Assembly: GCA_964016885.1 (NCBI GenBank)
Contig: OZ024744.1
Coordinates: forward strand, 122,450,001 to 122,514,000
Direction: 5' to 3'
Source of the DNA: Eledone cirrhosa
Taxonomy: Eukaryota
Length of the DNA: 64,000 nucleotides
This document shows positions 51,140-63,100 of the stretch, in pieces. The notes under the pieces are model-generated. The model was not told the DNA's origin. It did not search any database and saw only the letters and a list, made by a program, of their open reading frames with translations. Numbering within the stretch: position 1 is the first letter of the stretch; the number at the start of each line of letters is the position of its first letter. The translations under genes and the position numbers were made by a program.

Positions 51140-54100
51140 TCTAGGGTTCTATACTGTAGTTAGGTCTAGGGTTCTATACTGTAGTTAGGTCTAGGGTTCT
51201 AAACTGTAGTTAGGTTTAGGGTTCTAAACTGTAGTGAGGTTTAGGGTTCTATACTGTAGTTAGGTTTAGGGTCCTGTATTGTAGTTAGGTTTAGGGTTTT
51301 GTAATGTAGTTAGGTCTAGGGTTCTATACTGTAGCTAGGTCTAGGGTTCTATACTGTAGTTAGGTTTAGGGTTCTATACTATAGTTAGGTTTAAGGTTCT
51401 ATACTGTAATTAGGTTTAGGGTTCTGTAGTGTAGTTAGGTTTAGGGTTCTATATTGTAATTAGGTTTAGGGTTCTGTAGTGTAGTTAGGTCTAGGGTTCT
51501 GTACTGTAGCTAGGTCTAGGGTTCTATACTGTAGTTGGGTTTAGGGTTCTATACTGTAGTTAGGTTTAGGGTTCTGTAGTGTAGTTAGGTTTAGGATTCT
51601 GTAGTGTAGTTAGGTCTAGGGTTCTATACTGTAGTTAGGTCTAGGGTTCTATACAGTAGCTAGGTGTAGGGTTCTATACTGTAGTTAGGTTTAGGGTTCT
51701 GTAGTGTAGTTAGGTTTAGGGTTCTATACTGTAGTTAGGTCTAGGGTTCTATAGTGTAGTTAGGTCTAGGGTTCTATACTATAGTTAGATCTAGGGTTTT
51801 ATACTGTAGCTAGGTGTAGGGTTCTATACTGTAGTTAGGTCTAGGGTTCTATACTGTAGTGAGGTTTAGGGTTCTGTACTATAGTTAGATCTAGGGTGCT
51901 ATACTGTAGTTAGGTTTAGGGTTCTGTACTGTAGTTAGGTTTAGGGTTCTATATTGTAGTTAGGTTTAGCGTTCTGTAGTGTAGTTAGGTTTAGGGTTCT
52001 ATATTGTAGTTAGGTTTAGGGTTCTGTAATATAGTTAGGTTTAGGGTTCTATATTGTAGTTAGGTTTAGGGTTTTGTAATATAGTTAGGTTTAGGGTTCT
52101 GTACTGTAGTTAGGTCAAGGGTTCTATACTGTAGCTAGATTTAGGGTTCTAAACTGTAGCTAGGTGTAGGGTTCTATACTGTAGTGAGGTTTAGGGTTCT
52201 GTAGTGTAGTTAGGTTTAGGGTTGTGTACTGTAGTTAGGTCTAGGGGTCTATACTGTAGTTAGGGTTAGGGTTCTGTAGTTTAGTTAGGTCTAGGGTTCT
52301 GTACCGTAGTTAGGTTTAAGGTTCTACACTGTAGTTAGGTTTAGGGTTCTATACTGTAGTTAGGTTTAGGGTTCTATACTGTAGTTAGGTTTAGGCTTCT
52401 ATACTGTAGTTAGGTCTAGGGTACTGTACTGTAGTTAGGTTTAGGGTTCTATACTGTAGTTAGGTCTAGGGTTCTATACTGTAGTTAGGTTTAGGGTTCT
52501 ATACTGTAGTTAGGTCTAGGGTTCTGTAGTGTAGTTAGGTCTAGGCTTCTACACTATAGTTAGGTTTAGGGTTCTGTAGGGTAGTTAGGTTTAGGGTTCT
52601 GTACTGTAGTTAGGTCTAGGGTTCTATACTGTAGTGAGATTTAGGGTTCTGTAGTGTAGTTAGGTCTAGGGTTCTATACTGTAGTTAGGTTTAGGGTTCT
52701 AAACTGTAGTTAGCTTTGGGGTTTTGTAGTCTAGTTAGGTTTAGGGTTCTGTAGTGTAGTTAGGTTAAGGGTCCTGTAGTGTAGTTAGGTTTAGGGTTCT
52801 ATACTGTAGTTAGGTCTACGGTTGTACGCTGTAGTTAGGTTTAGGGTTCTATACTGTAGTTAGGTCTAGGATTCTATACTGTAGGTAGGTGTAGGGTTCT
52901 ATACTGTAGTTAGGTTTAGGGTTCTATACTGTGGTTAGCTCTAGGGTTCTATACTGTAATAAGGTCTAGGGTTCTATACTATAGTTAGGTTTAGGGTTCT
53001 GTACTGTAGTGAGGTCTAGGGTTCTGTACTGTAGTTAGGTTTAGGGTTCTATACTGTAGTTAGGTCTAGGGTTCTATACTGTAGTTAGGTTTAGGGTTCT
53101 ATACTGTAGTTAGGTCTAGGGTTCTGTAGTGTAGTTAGGTCTAGGCTTCTACACTATAGTTAGGTTTAGGGTTCTGTAGGGTAGTTAGGTTTAGGGTTCT
53201 GTACTGTAGTTAGGTCTAGGGTTCTATACTGTAGTGACGTTTAGGGTTCAGTAGTGTAGTTAGGTCTAGGGTTCTATACTGTAGTTAGGTTTAGGGTTCT
53301 ACACTGTAGTTAGGTCTAGGGTTCTGTAGTGTAGTTAGGTTTAGGGTTCTATACTGTAGGTAGGTATAGGGTTCTATACTGTAGTTTGGTCTAGGGTTCT
53401 ATACTGTAGTTAGGTTGAGGGTTCTATACTGTGGTTAGGTCGAGGGTTCTATACTTTAGCTAGGTCTAGGATTCTATATTGTAGTTAGGTTTAGGGTTCC
53501 GTAGTGTAGTTAGGTTTAGGGTTCTATACTGTAGTTAGGTTTAGGGTTCTGTACTGTCGTTAGGTTTAGGTTCCTATACTGTAGTTAGGTTTAGGGTTCT
53601 GTACTGTAGTTAGGTCTAGGGTTCTATACTGTAGGTAGGTCTAGGGTTCTATACTGTAGTTAGATTTAGGGTTCTGTACTGTAGCTAGGTCTAGGATTCT
53701 ATACTGTAGTTAGGTTCAGGATTCTGTACTGCAGTTAGGTTTAAGGATCTATACTGTAGTTAGGTTTAGGGTTCTATACTGTAGTTAGGTTTAGCGTTCT
53801 ATACTGTAGGTAGGTCTAGTGTTCTATACTGTAGTTAGGTCTAGGGTTTTAAACTGAGTTAGGTTTAGGGTTCTAAACTGTAGTGAGGTTTAAGGTTCTG
53901 TACTGTAGTTAGGTTTAGGGTTCTGTAGTGTAGTTAGGTTTAGGGTTCTGTAGTGTAGTTAGGTCTAGGGTTCTATAAGGTAATTAGGTCTAGGATTCTA
54001 TAGTGTAGTTAGGTCTAGGGTTCTATAGTGTAGTTAGGTCTAGGGTTCTATACTGTAGTTAGGTCTAGGGTTCTATACTGTAGTTAGGTCTAGGGTTCTA

Positions 54101-57100
54101 TACTGTAGCTAGGTGTAGGGTTCTATACTGTAGTTAGGTTTAGGGTTCTGTAGTGTAGTTAGGTTTAGGGTTCTATACTGTAGTTAGGTCTAGGGTTCTA
54201 TAGTGTAGCTAGGTCTAGGGTTCTATACTATAGTTAGATCTAGGGTTTTATACTGTAGCTAGGTGTAGGGTTCTATACTGTAGTTAGGTCTAGGGTTCTA
54301 TACTGTAGTGAGGTTTAGGGTTCTGTACTATAGTTAGATCTAGGGTGCTATACTGTAGTTAGGTTTAGGGTTCTGTACTGTAGTTAGGTTTAGGGTTCTA
54401 TATTGTAGTTAGGTTTAGCGTTCTGTAGTGTAGTTAGGTTTAGGGTTCTATATTGTAGTTAGGTTTAGGGTTCTGTAATATAGTTAGGTTTAGGGTTCTA
54501 TATTGTAGTTAGGTTTAGGGTTCTGTAATATAGTTAGGTTTAGGGTTCTGTACTGTAGTTAGGTCAAGGGTTCTATACTGTAGCTAGATTTAGGGTTCTA
54601 AACTGTAGCTAGGTGTAGGGTTCTATACTGTAGTGAGGTTTAGGGTTCTGTAGTGTAGTTAGGTTTAGGGTTGTGTACTGTAGTTAGGTCTAGGGGTCTA
54701 TACTGTAGTTAGGGTTAGGGTTCTGTAGTTTAGTTAGGTCTAGGGTTCTGTACCGTAGTTAGGTTTAAGGTTCTACACTGTAGTTAGGTTTAGGGTTCTA
54801 TACTGTAGTTAGGTTTAGGGTTCTATACTGTAGTTAGGTTTAGGCTTCTATACTGTAGTTAGGTCTAGGGTACTGTACTGTAGTTAGGTTTAGGGTTCTA
54901 TACTGTAGTTAGGTCTAGGGTTCTATACTGTAGTTAGGTTTAGGGTTCTATACTGTAGTTAGGTCTAGGGTTCTGTAGTGTAGTTAGGTCTAGGCTTCTA
55001 CACTATAGTTAGGTTTAGGGTTCTGTAGGGTAGTTAGGTTTAGGGTTCTGTACTGTAGTTAGGTCTAGGGTTCTATACTGTAGTGAGATTTAGGGTTCTG
55101 TAGTGTAGTTAGGTCTAGGGTTCTATACTGTAGTTAGGTTTAGGGTTCTAAACTGTAGTTAGCTTTGGGGTTTTGTAGTCTAGTTAGGTTTAGGGTTCTG
55201 TAGTGTAGTTAGGTTAAGGGTCCTGTAGTGTAGTTAGGTTTAGGGTTCTATACTGTAGTTAGGTCTACGGTTGTACGCTGTAGTTAGGTTTAGGGTTCTA
55301 TACTGTAGTTAGGTCTAGGATTCTATACTGTAGGTAGGTGTAGGGTTCTATACTGTAGTTAGGTTTAGGGTTCTATACTGTGGTTAGCTCTAGGGTTCTA
55401 TACTGTAATGAGGTCTAGGGTTCTATACTATAGTCAGGTTTAGGGTTCTGTACTGTAGTGAGGTCTAGGGTTCTGTACTGTAGTTAGGTTTAGGGTTCTA
55501 TACTGTAGTTAGGTCTAGGGTTCTATACTGTAGTTAGGTTTAGGGTTCTATACTGTAGTTAGGTCTAGGGTTCTGTAGTGTAGTTAGGTCTAGGCTTCTA
55601 CACTATAGTTAGGTTTAGGGTTCTGTAGGGTAGTTAGGTTTAGGGTTCTGTACTGTAGTTAGGTCTAGGGTTCTATACTGTAGTGACGTTTAGGGTTCAG
55701 TAGTGTAGTTAGGTCTAGGGTTCTATACTGTAGTTAGGTTTAGGGTTCTACACTGTAGTTAGGTCTAGGGTTCTGTAGTGTAGTTAGGTTTAGGGTTCTA
55801 TACTGTAGGTAGGTATAGGGTTCTATACTGTAGTTTGGTCTAGGGTTCTATACTGTAGTTAGGTTGAGGGTTCTATACTGTGGTTAGGTCGAGGGTTCTA
55901 TACTTTAGCTAGGTCTAGGATTCTATATTGTAGTTAGGTTTAGGGTTCCGTAGTGTAGTTAGGTTTAGGGTTCTATACTGTAGTTAGGTTTAGGGTTCTG
56001 TACTGTCGTTAGGTTTAGGTTCCTATACTGTAGTTAGGTTTAGGGTTCTGTACTGTAGTTAGGTCTAGGGTTCTATACTGTAGGTAGGTCTAGGGTTCTA
56101 TACTGTAGTTAGATTTAGGGTTCTGTACTGTAGCTAGGTCTAGGATTCTATACTGTAGTTAGGTTCAGGATTCTGTACTGCAGTTAGGTTTAAGGATCTA
56201 TACTGTAGTTAGGTTTAGGGTTCTATACTGTAGTTAGGTTTAGCGTTCTATACTGTAGGTAGGTCTAGTGTTCTATACTGTAGTTAGGTCTAGGGTTTTA
56301 AACTGAGTTAGGTTTAGGGTTCTAAACTGTAGTGAGGTTTAAGGTTCTGTACTGTAGTTAGGTTTAGGGTTCTGTAGTTTAGTTAGGTTTAGGGTTCTGT
56401 AGTGTAGTTAGGTCTAGGGTTCTATAAGGTAATTAGGTCTAGGATTCTATAGTGTAGTTAGGTCTAGGGTTCTATAGTGTAGTTAGGTCTAGGGTTCTAT
56501 ACTGTAGTTAGGTCTAGGGTTCTATACTGTAGGTAGGTGTAGGGTTCTATACTGTAGTTAGGTCTAGGGTTCTATACTGTAGTTAGGTCTAGGGTTCTAT
56601 AGTGTAGTTAGGTCTAGGGTTCTATACTGTAGTTAGGTTTAGGGTTCTATACTGTAGTTAGGTCTAGGGTTCTATACTGTAGGTAGGTCTAGTGTTCTAT
56701 ACTGTAGTTAGATTTAGGGTTCTGTACTGTAGCTAGGTCTAGGATTCTATACTGTAGTTAGGTTCAGGATTCTGTACTGCAGTAAGGTTTAAGGATCTAT
56801 ACTGTAGTTAGGTTTAGGGTTCTATACTGTAGTTAGCTTTAGGGTTCTATACTGTAGGTAGGTCTAGGGTTCTATACTGTAGTTAGGTCTAGGGTTTTAA
56901 ACTGAGTTAGGTTTAGGGTTCTAAACTGTAGTGAGGTTTAAGGTTCTGTACTGTAGTTAGGTTTAGGGTTCTGTAGTGTAGTTAGGTTTAGGGTTCTGTA
57001 GTGTAGTTAGGTCTAGGGTTCTATAAGGTAATTAGGTCTAGGATTCTATAGTGTAGTTAGGTCTAGGGTTCTATAGTGTAGTTAGGTCTAGGGTTCTATA

Positions 57101-60100
57101 CTGTAGTTAGGTCTAGGGTTCTATACTGTAGGTAGGTGTAGGGTTCTATACTGTAGTTAGGTCTAGGGTTCTATACTGTAGTTAGGTCTAGGGTTCTATA
57201 GTGTAGTTAGGTCTAGGGTTCTATACTGTAGTTAGGTTTAGGGTTCTATACTGAAGTTAGGTCTAGGGTTCTATACTGTAGGTAGGTGTAGGGTTCTATA
57301 CTGTAGTTTGGTCTAGGGTTCTATACTGTAGTTACGTTTAGGGTTCTATACTGTGGTTAGGTCTAGGGTTCTATACTGTAGCTAGGTCTAGGATTCTATA
57401 TTGTAGTTAGATTTAGGGTTCTGTAGTGTAGTTAGGATTAGGGTTCTATATTGTAGTTAGGTTTAGGGTTCTGTAGTGTAGTTAGGTTTAGGTTTCTATA
57501 CTGTAGTTAGGTTTAGGGTTCTGTACTGTAGTTTGGTCTAGGGTTTTATACTGTAGCTAGGTCTAGGGTTCTATACTGTAGTTAGATTTAGGGTTCTGTA
57601 CAGTAGTGTGGTCTAGGGTTCTATACTGTAGTTAGGTTTAGGATTCTGTACTGTAGTTAGGTTTAGGGATCTATACTGTAGTTAGGTTTAGGGTTCTATA
57701 CTGTAGTTAGGTTTAGGGTTCTATACTGTAGTTAGGTCTAGGGTTCTAAACTGTAGTTAGGTTTAGGGTTCTAAACTGTAGTGAGGTTTAGGGTTCTATA
57801 CTGTAGTTAGGTTTAGGGTCCTGTATTGTAGTTAGGTTTAGGGTTTTGTAATGTAGTTAGGTCTAGGGTTCTATACTGTAGCTAGGTCTAGGGTTCTATA
57901 CTGTAGTTAGGTTTAGGGTTCTATACTATAGTTAGGTTTAAGGTTCTATACTGTAATTAGGTTTAGGGTTCTGTAGTGTAGTTAGGTTTAGGGTTCTATA
58001 TTGTAGTTAGGTTTAGGGTTCTGTAGTGTAGTTAGGTCTAGGGTTCTGTACTGTAGCTAGGTCTAGGGTTCTATACTGTAGTTGGGTTTAGGGTTCTATA
58101 CTGTAGTTAGGTTTAGGGTTCTGTAGTGTAGTTAGGTCTAGGGTTCTATACTGTAGTTAGGTCTAGGGTTCTATACTGTAGCTAGGTGTAGGGTTCTATA
58201 CTGTAGTTAGGTTTAGGGTTCTGTAGTGTAGTTAGGTTTAGGGTTCTATACTGTAGTTAGGTCTAGGGTTCTATAGGGTAGTTAGGTCTAGGGTTCTATA
58301 CTATAGTTAGATCTAGGGTTTTATACTGTAGCTAGGTGTAGGGTTCTATACTGTAGTTAGGTCTAGGGTTCTATACTGTAGTGAGGTTTAGGGTTCTGTA
58401 CTATAGTTAGATCTAGGGTGCTATACTGTAGTTAGGTTTAGGGTTCTGTACTGTAGTTAGGTTTAGGGTTCTATATTGTAGTTAGGTTTAGGGTTCTGTA
58501 GTGTAGTTAGGTTTAGGGTTCTATATTGTAGTTAGGTTTAGGGTTCTGTAATATAGTTAGGTTTAGGGTTCTATATTGTAGTTAGGTTTAGGGTTCTGTA
58601 ATATAGTTAGGTTTAGGGTTCTGTACTGTAGTTAGGTCAAGGGTTCTATACTGTAGCTAGATTTAGGGTTCTAAACTGTAGCTAGGTGTAGGGTTCTATA
58701 CTGTAGTGAGGTTTAGGGTTCTGTAGTGTAGTTAGGTTTAGGGTTGTGTACTGTAGTTAGGTCTAGGGGTCTATACTGTAGTTAGGGTTAGGGTTCTGTA
58801 GTTTAGTTAGGTCTAGGGTTCTGTACCGTAGTTAGGTTTAAGGTTCTACACTGTAGTTAGGTTTAGGGTTCTATACTGTAGTTAGGTTTAGGGTTCTATA
58901 CTGTAGTTAGGTTTAGGCTTCTATACTGTAGTTAGGTCTAGGGTACTGTACTGTAGTTAGGTTTAGGGTTCTATACTGTAGTTAGGTCTAGGGTTCTATA
59001 CTGTAGTTAGGTTTAGGGTTCTATACTGTAGTTAGGTCTAGGGTTCTGTAGTGTAGTTAGGTCTAGGCTTCTACACTATAGTTAGGTTTAGGGTTCTGTA
59101 GGGTAGTTAGGTTTAGGGTTCTGTACTGTAGTTAGGTCTAGGGTTCTATACTGTAGTGAGATTTAGGGTTCTGTAGTGTAGTTAGGTCTAGGGTTCTATA
59201 CTGTAGTTAGGTTTAGGGTTCTAAACTGTAGTTAGCTTTGGGGTTTTGTAGTCTAGTTAGGTTTAGGGTTCTGTAGTGTAGTTAGGTTAAGGGTCCTGTA
59301 GTGTAGTTAGGTTTAGGGTTCTATACTGTAGTTAGGTCTACGGTTGTACGCTGTAGTTAGGTTTAGGGTTCTATACTGTAGTTAGGTCTAGGATTCTATA
59401 CTGTAGGTAGGTGTAGGGTTCTATACTGTAGTTAGGTTTAGGGTTCTATACTGTGGTTAGCTCTAGGGTTCTATACTGTAATGAGGTCTAGGGTTCTATA
59501 CTATAGTCAGGTTTAGGGTTCTGTACTGTAGTGAGGTCTAGGGTTCTGTACTGTAGTTAGGTTTAGGGTTCTATACTGTAGTTAGGTCTAGGGTTCTATA
59601 CTGTAGTTAGGTTTAGGGTTCTATACTGTAGTTAGGTCTAGGGTTCTGTAGTGTAGTTAGGTCTAGGCTTCTACACTATAGTTAGGTTTAGGGTTCTGTA
59701 GGGTAGTTAGGTTTAGGGTTCTGTACTGTAGTTAGGTCTAGGGTTCTATACTGTAGTGACGTTTAGGGTTCAGTAGTGTAGTTAGGTCTAGGGTTCTATA
59801 CTGTAGTTAGGTTTAGGGTTCTACACTGTAGTTAGGTCTAGGGTTCTGTAGTGTAGTTAGGTTTAGGGTTCTATACTGTAGGTAGGTATAGGGTTCTATA
59901 CTGTAGTTTGGTCTAGGGTTCTATACTGTAGTTAGGTTGAGGGTTCTATACTGTGGTTAGGTCGAGGGTTCTATACTTTAGCTAGGTCTAGGATTCTATA
60001 TTGTAGTTAGGTTTAGGGTTCCGTAGTGTAGTTAGGTTTAGGGTTCTATACTGTAGTTAGGTTTAGGGTTCTGTACTGTCGTTAGGTTTAGGTTCCTATA

Positions 60101-63100
60101 CTGTAGTTAGGTTTAGGGTTCTGTACTGTAGTTAGGTCTAGGGTTCTATACTGTAGGTAGGTCTAGGGTTCTATACTGTAGTTAGATTTAGGGTTCTGTA
60201 CTGTAGCTAGGTCTAGGATTCTATACTGTAGTTAGGTTCAGGATTCTGTACTGCAGTTAGGTTTAAGGATCTATACTGTAGTTAGGTTTAGGGTTCTATA
60301 CTGTAGTTAGGTTTAGCGTTCTATACTGTAGGTAGGTCTAGTGTTCTATACTGTAGTTAGGTCTAGGGTTTTAAACTGAGTTAGGTTTAGGGTTCTAAAC
60401 TGTAGTGAGGTTTAAGGTTCTGTACTGTAGTTAGGTTTAGGGTTCTGTAGTTTAGTTAGGTTTAGGGTTCTGTAGTGTAGTTAGGTCTAGGGTTCTATAA
60501 GGTAATTAGGTCTAGGATTCTATAGTGTAGTTAGGTCTAGGGTTCTATAGTGTAGTTAGGTCTAGGGTTCTATACTGTAGTTAGGTCTAGGGTTCTATAC
60601 TGTAGGTAGGTGTAGGGTTCTATACTGTAGTTAGGTCTAGGGTTCTATACTGTAGTTAGGTCTAGGGTTCTATAGTGTAGTTAGGTCTAGGGTTCTATAC
60701 TGTAGTTAGGTTTAGGGTTCTATACTGTAGTTAGGTCTAGGGTTCTATACTGTAGGTAGGTCTAGTGTTCTATACTGTAGTTAGATTTAGGGTTCTGTAC
60801 TGTAGCTAGGTCTAGGATTCTATACTGTAGTTAGGTTCAGGATTCTGTACTGCAGTTAGGTTTAAGGATCTATACTGTAGTTAGGTTTAGGGTTCTATAC
60901 TGTAGTTAGCTTTAGGGTTCTATACTGTAGGTAGGTCTAGGGTTCTATACTGTAGTTAGGTCTAGGGTTTTAAACTGAGTTAGGTTTAGGGTTCTAAACT
61001 GTAGTGAGGTTTAAGGTTCTGTACTGTAGTTAGGTTTAGGGTTCTGTAGTGTAGTTAGGTTTAGGGTTCTGTAGTGTAGTTAGGTCTAGGGTTCTATAAG
61101 GTAATTAGGTCTAGGATTCTATAGTGTAGTTATGTCTAGGGTTCTATAGTGTAGTTAGGTCTAGGGTTCTATACTGTAGTTAGGTCTAGGGTTCTATACT
61201 GTAGGTAGGTGTAGGGTTCTATACTGTAGTTAGGTCTAGGGTTCTATACTGTAGTTAGGTCTAGGGTTCTATACTGTAGCTAGGTCTAGGATTCTATATT
61301 GTAGTTAGATTTAGGGTTCTGTAGTGTAGTTAGGATTAGGGTTCTATACTGTAGTTAGGTTTAGGGTTCTGTAGTGTAGTTAGGTTTAGGTTTCTATACT
61401 GTAGTTAGGTTTAGGGTTCTGTACTGTAGTTTGGTCTAGGGTTCTATACGGTAGCTAGGTCTAGGGTTCTATACTGTAGTTAGATTTAGGGTTCTGTACA
61501 GTAGTGTGGTCTAGGGTTCTATACTGTAGTTAGGTTTAGGATTCTGTACTGTAGTTAGGTTTAGGGATCTATACTGTAGTTAGGTTTAGGGTTCTATACT
61601 GTAGTTAGGTTTAGGGTTCTATACTGTAGTTAGGTCTAGGGTTCTAAACTGTAGTTAGGTTTAGGGTTCTAAACTGTAGTGAGGTTTAGGGTTCTATACT
61701 GTAGTTAGGTTTAGGGTCCTGTATTGTAGTTAGGTTTAGGGTTCTGTAATGTAGTTAGGTCTAGGGTTCTATACTGTAGCTAGGTCTAGGGTTCTATACT
61801 GTAGTTAGGTTTAGGGTTCTATACTATAGTTAGGTTTAAGGTTCTATACTGTAATTAGGTTTAGGGTTCTGTAGTGTAGTTAGGTTTAGGGTTCTATATT
61901 GTAGTTAGGTTTAGGGTTCTGTAGTGTAGTTAGGTCTAGGGTTCTGTACAGTAGTTAGGTCTAGGATTCTATACTGTAGCTAGGTCTAGGGTTCTATACT
62001 GTAGTTGGGTTTAGGGTTCTATACTGTAGTTAGGTTTAGGGTTCAGTAGTGTATTTAGGTTTAGGATTCTGTAGTGTAGTTAGGTCTAGGGTTCTATACT
62101 GTAGTTAGGTCTAGGGTTCTATACTGTAGCTAGGTGTAGGGTTCTATACTGTAGTTAGGTTTAGGGTTCTGTAGTGTAGTTAGGTTTAGGGTTCTATACT
62201 GTAGTTAGGTCTAGGGTTCTATAGTGTAGTTAGGTCTAGGGTTCTATACTATAGTTAGGTCTAGGGTTTTATACTGTAGCTAGGTGTAGGGTTCTATACT
62301 GTAGTTAGGTCTAGGGTTCTATACTGTAGTGAGGTTTAGGGTTCTGTACTATAGTTAGATCTAGGGTGCTATACTGTAGTTAGGTTTAGGGTTCTGTACT
62401 GTAGTTAGGTTTAGGGTTCTATATTGTAGTTAGGTTTAGGGTTCTGTAGTGTAGTTAGGTTTAGGGTTCTATATTGTAGTTAGGTTTAGGGTTCTGTAAT
62501 ATAGTTAGGTTTAGGGTTCTATATTGTAGTTAGGTTTAGGGTTCTGTAATATAGTTAGGTTTAGGGTTCTGTACTGTAGTTAGGTTTAGGGTTCTGTACT
62601 GTAGTTAGGTCAAGGGTTCTATACTGTAGCTGGATTTAGGGTTCTAAACTGTAGCTAGGTGTAGGGTTCTATACTGTAGTGAGGTTTAGGGTTGTGTACT
62701 GTAGTTAGGTCTAGGGGTCTATACTGTAGTTAGGGTTAGGGTTCTGTAGTTTAGTTAGGTCTAGGGTTCTGTACCGTAGTTAGGTTTAAGGTTCTATACT
62801 GTAGTTAGGTTTAGGGTTCTGTACTGTAGTGAGGTCTAGGTTTCTATACCGTAGTTAGGTTTAGGGTTCTATACTGTAGTTAGGTTTAGGGTTCTATACT
62901 GTAGTTAGGTTTAGGGTTCTGTACTGTAGTTAGGTCTAGGGTTGTATACTGTAGTGAGGATTAGGGTTCTATACTGTAGCTAGGTTTAGGGTTCTATACT
63001 GTAGTTAGGTTTAGGGTTCTGTACTGTAGTTAGGTCTAGGGTTGTATACTGTAGTGAGGTTTAGGGTTCTGTAGTGTAGTTAGGTCTAGGGTTCTATACT

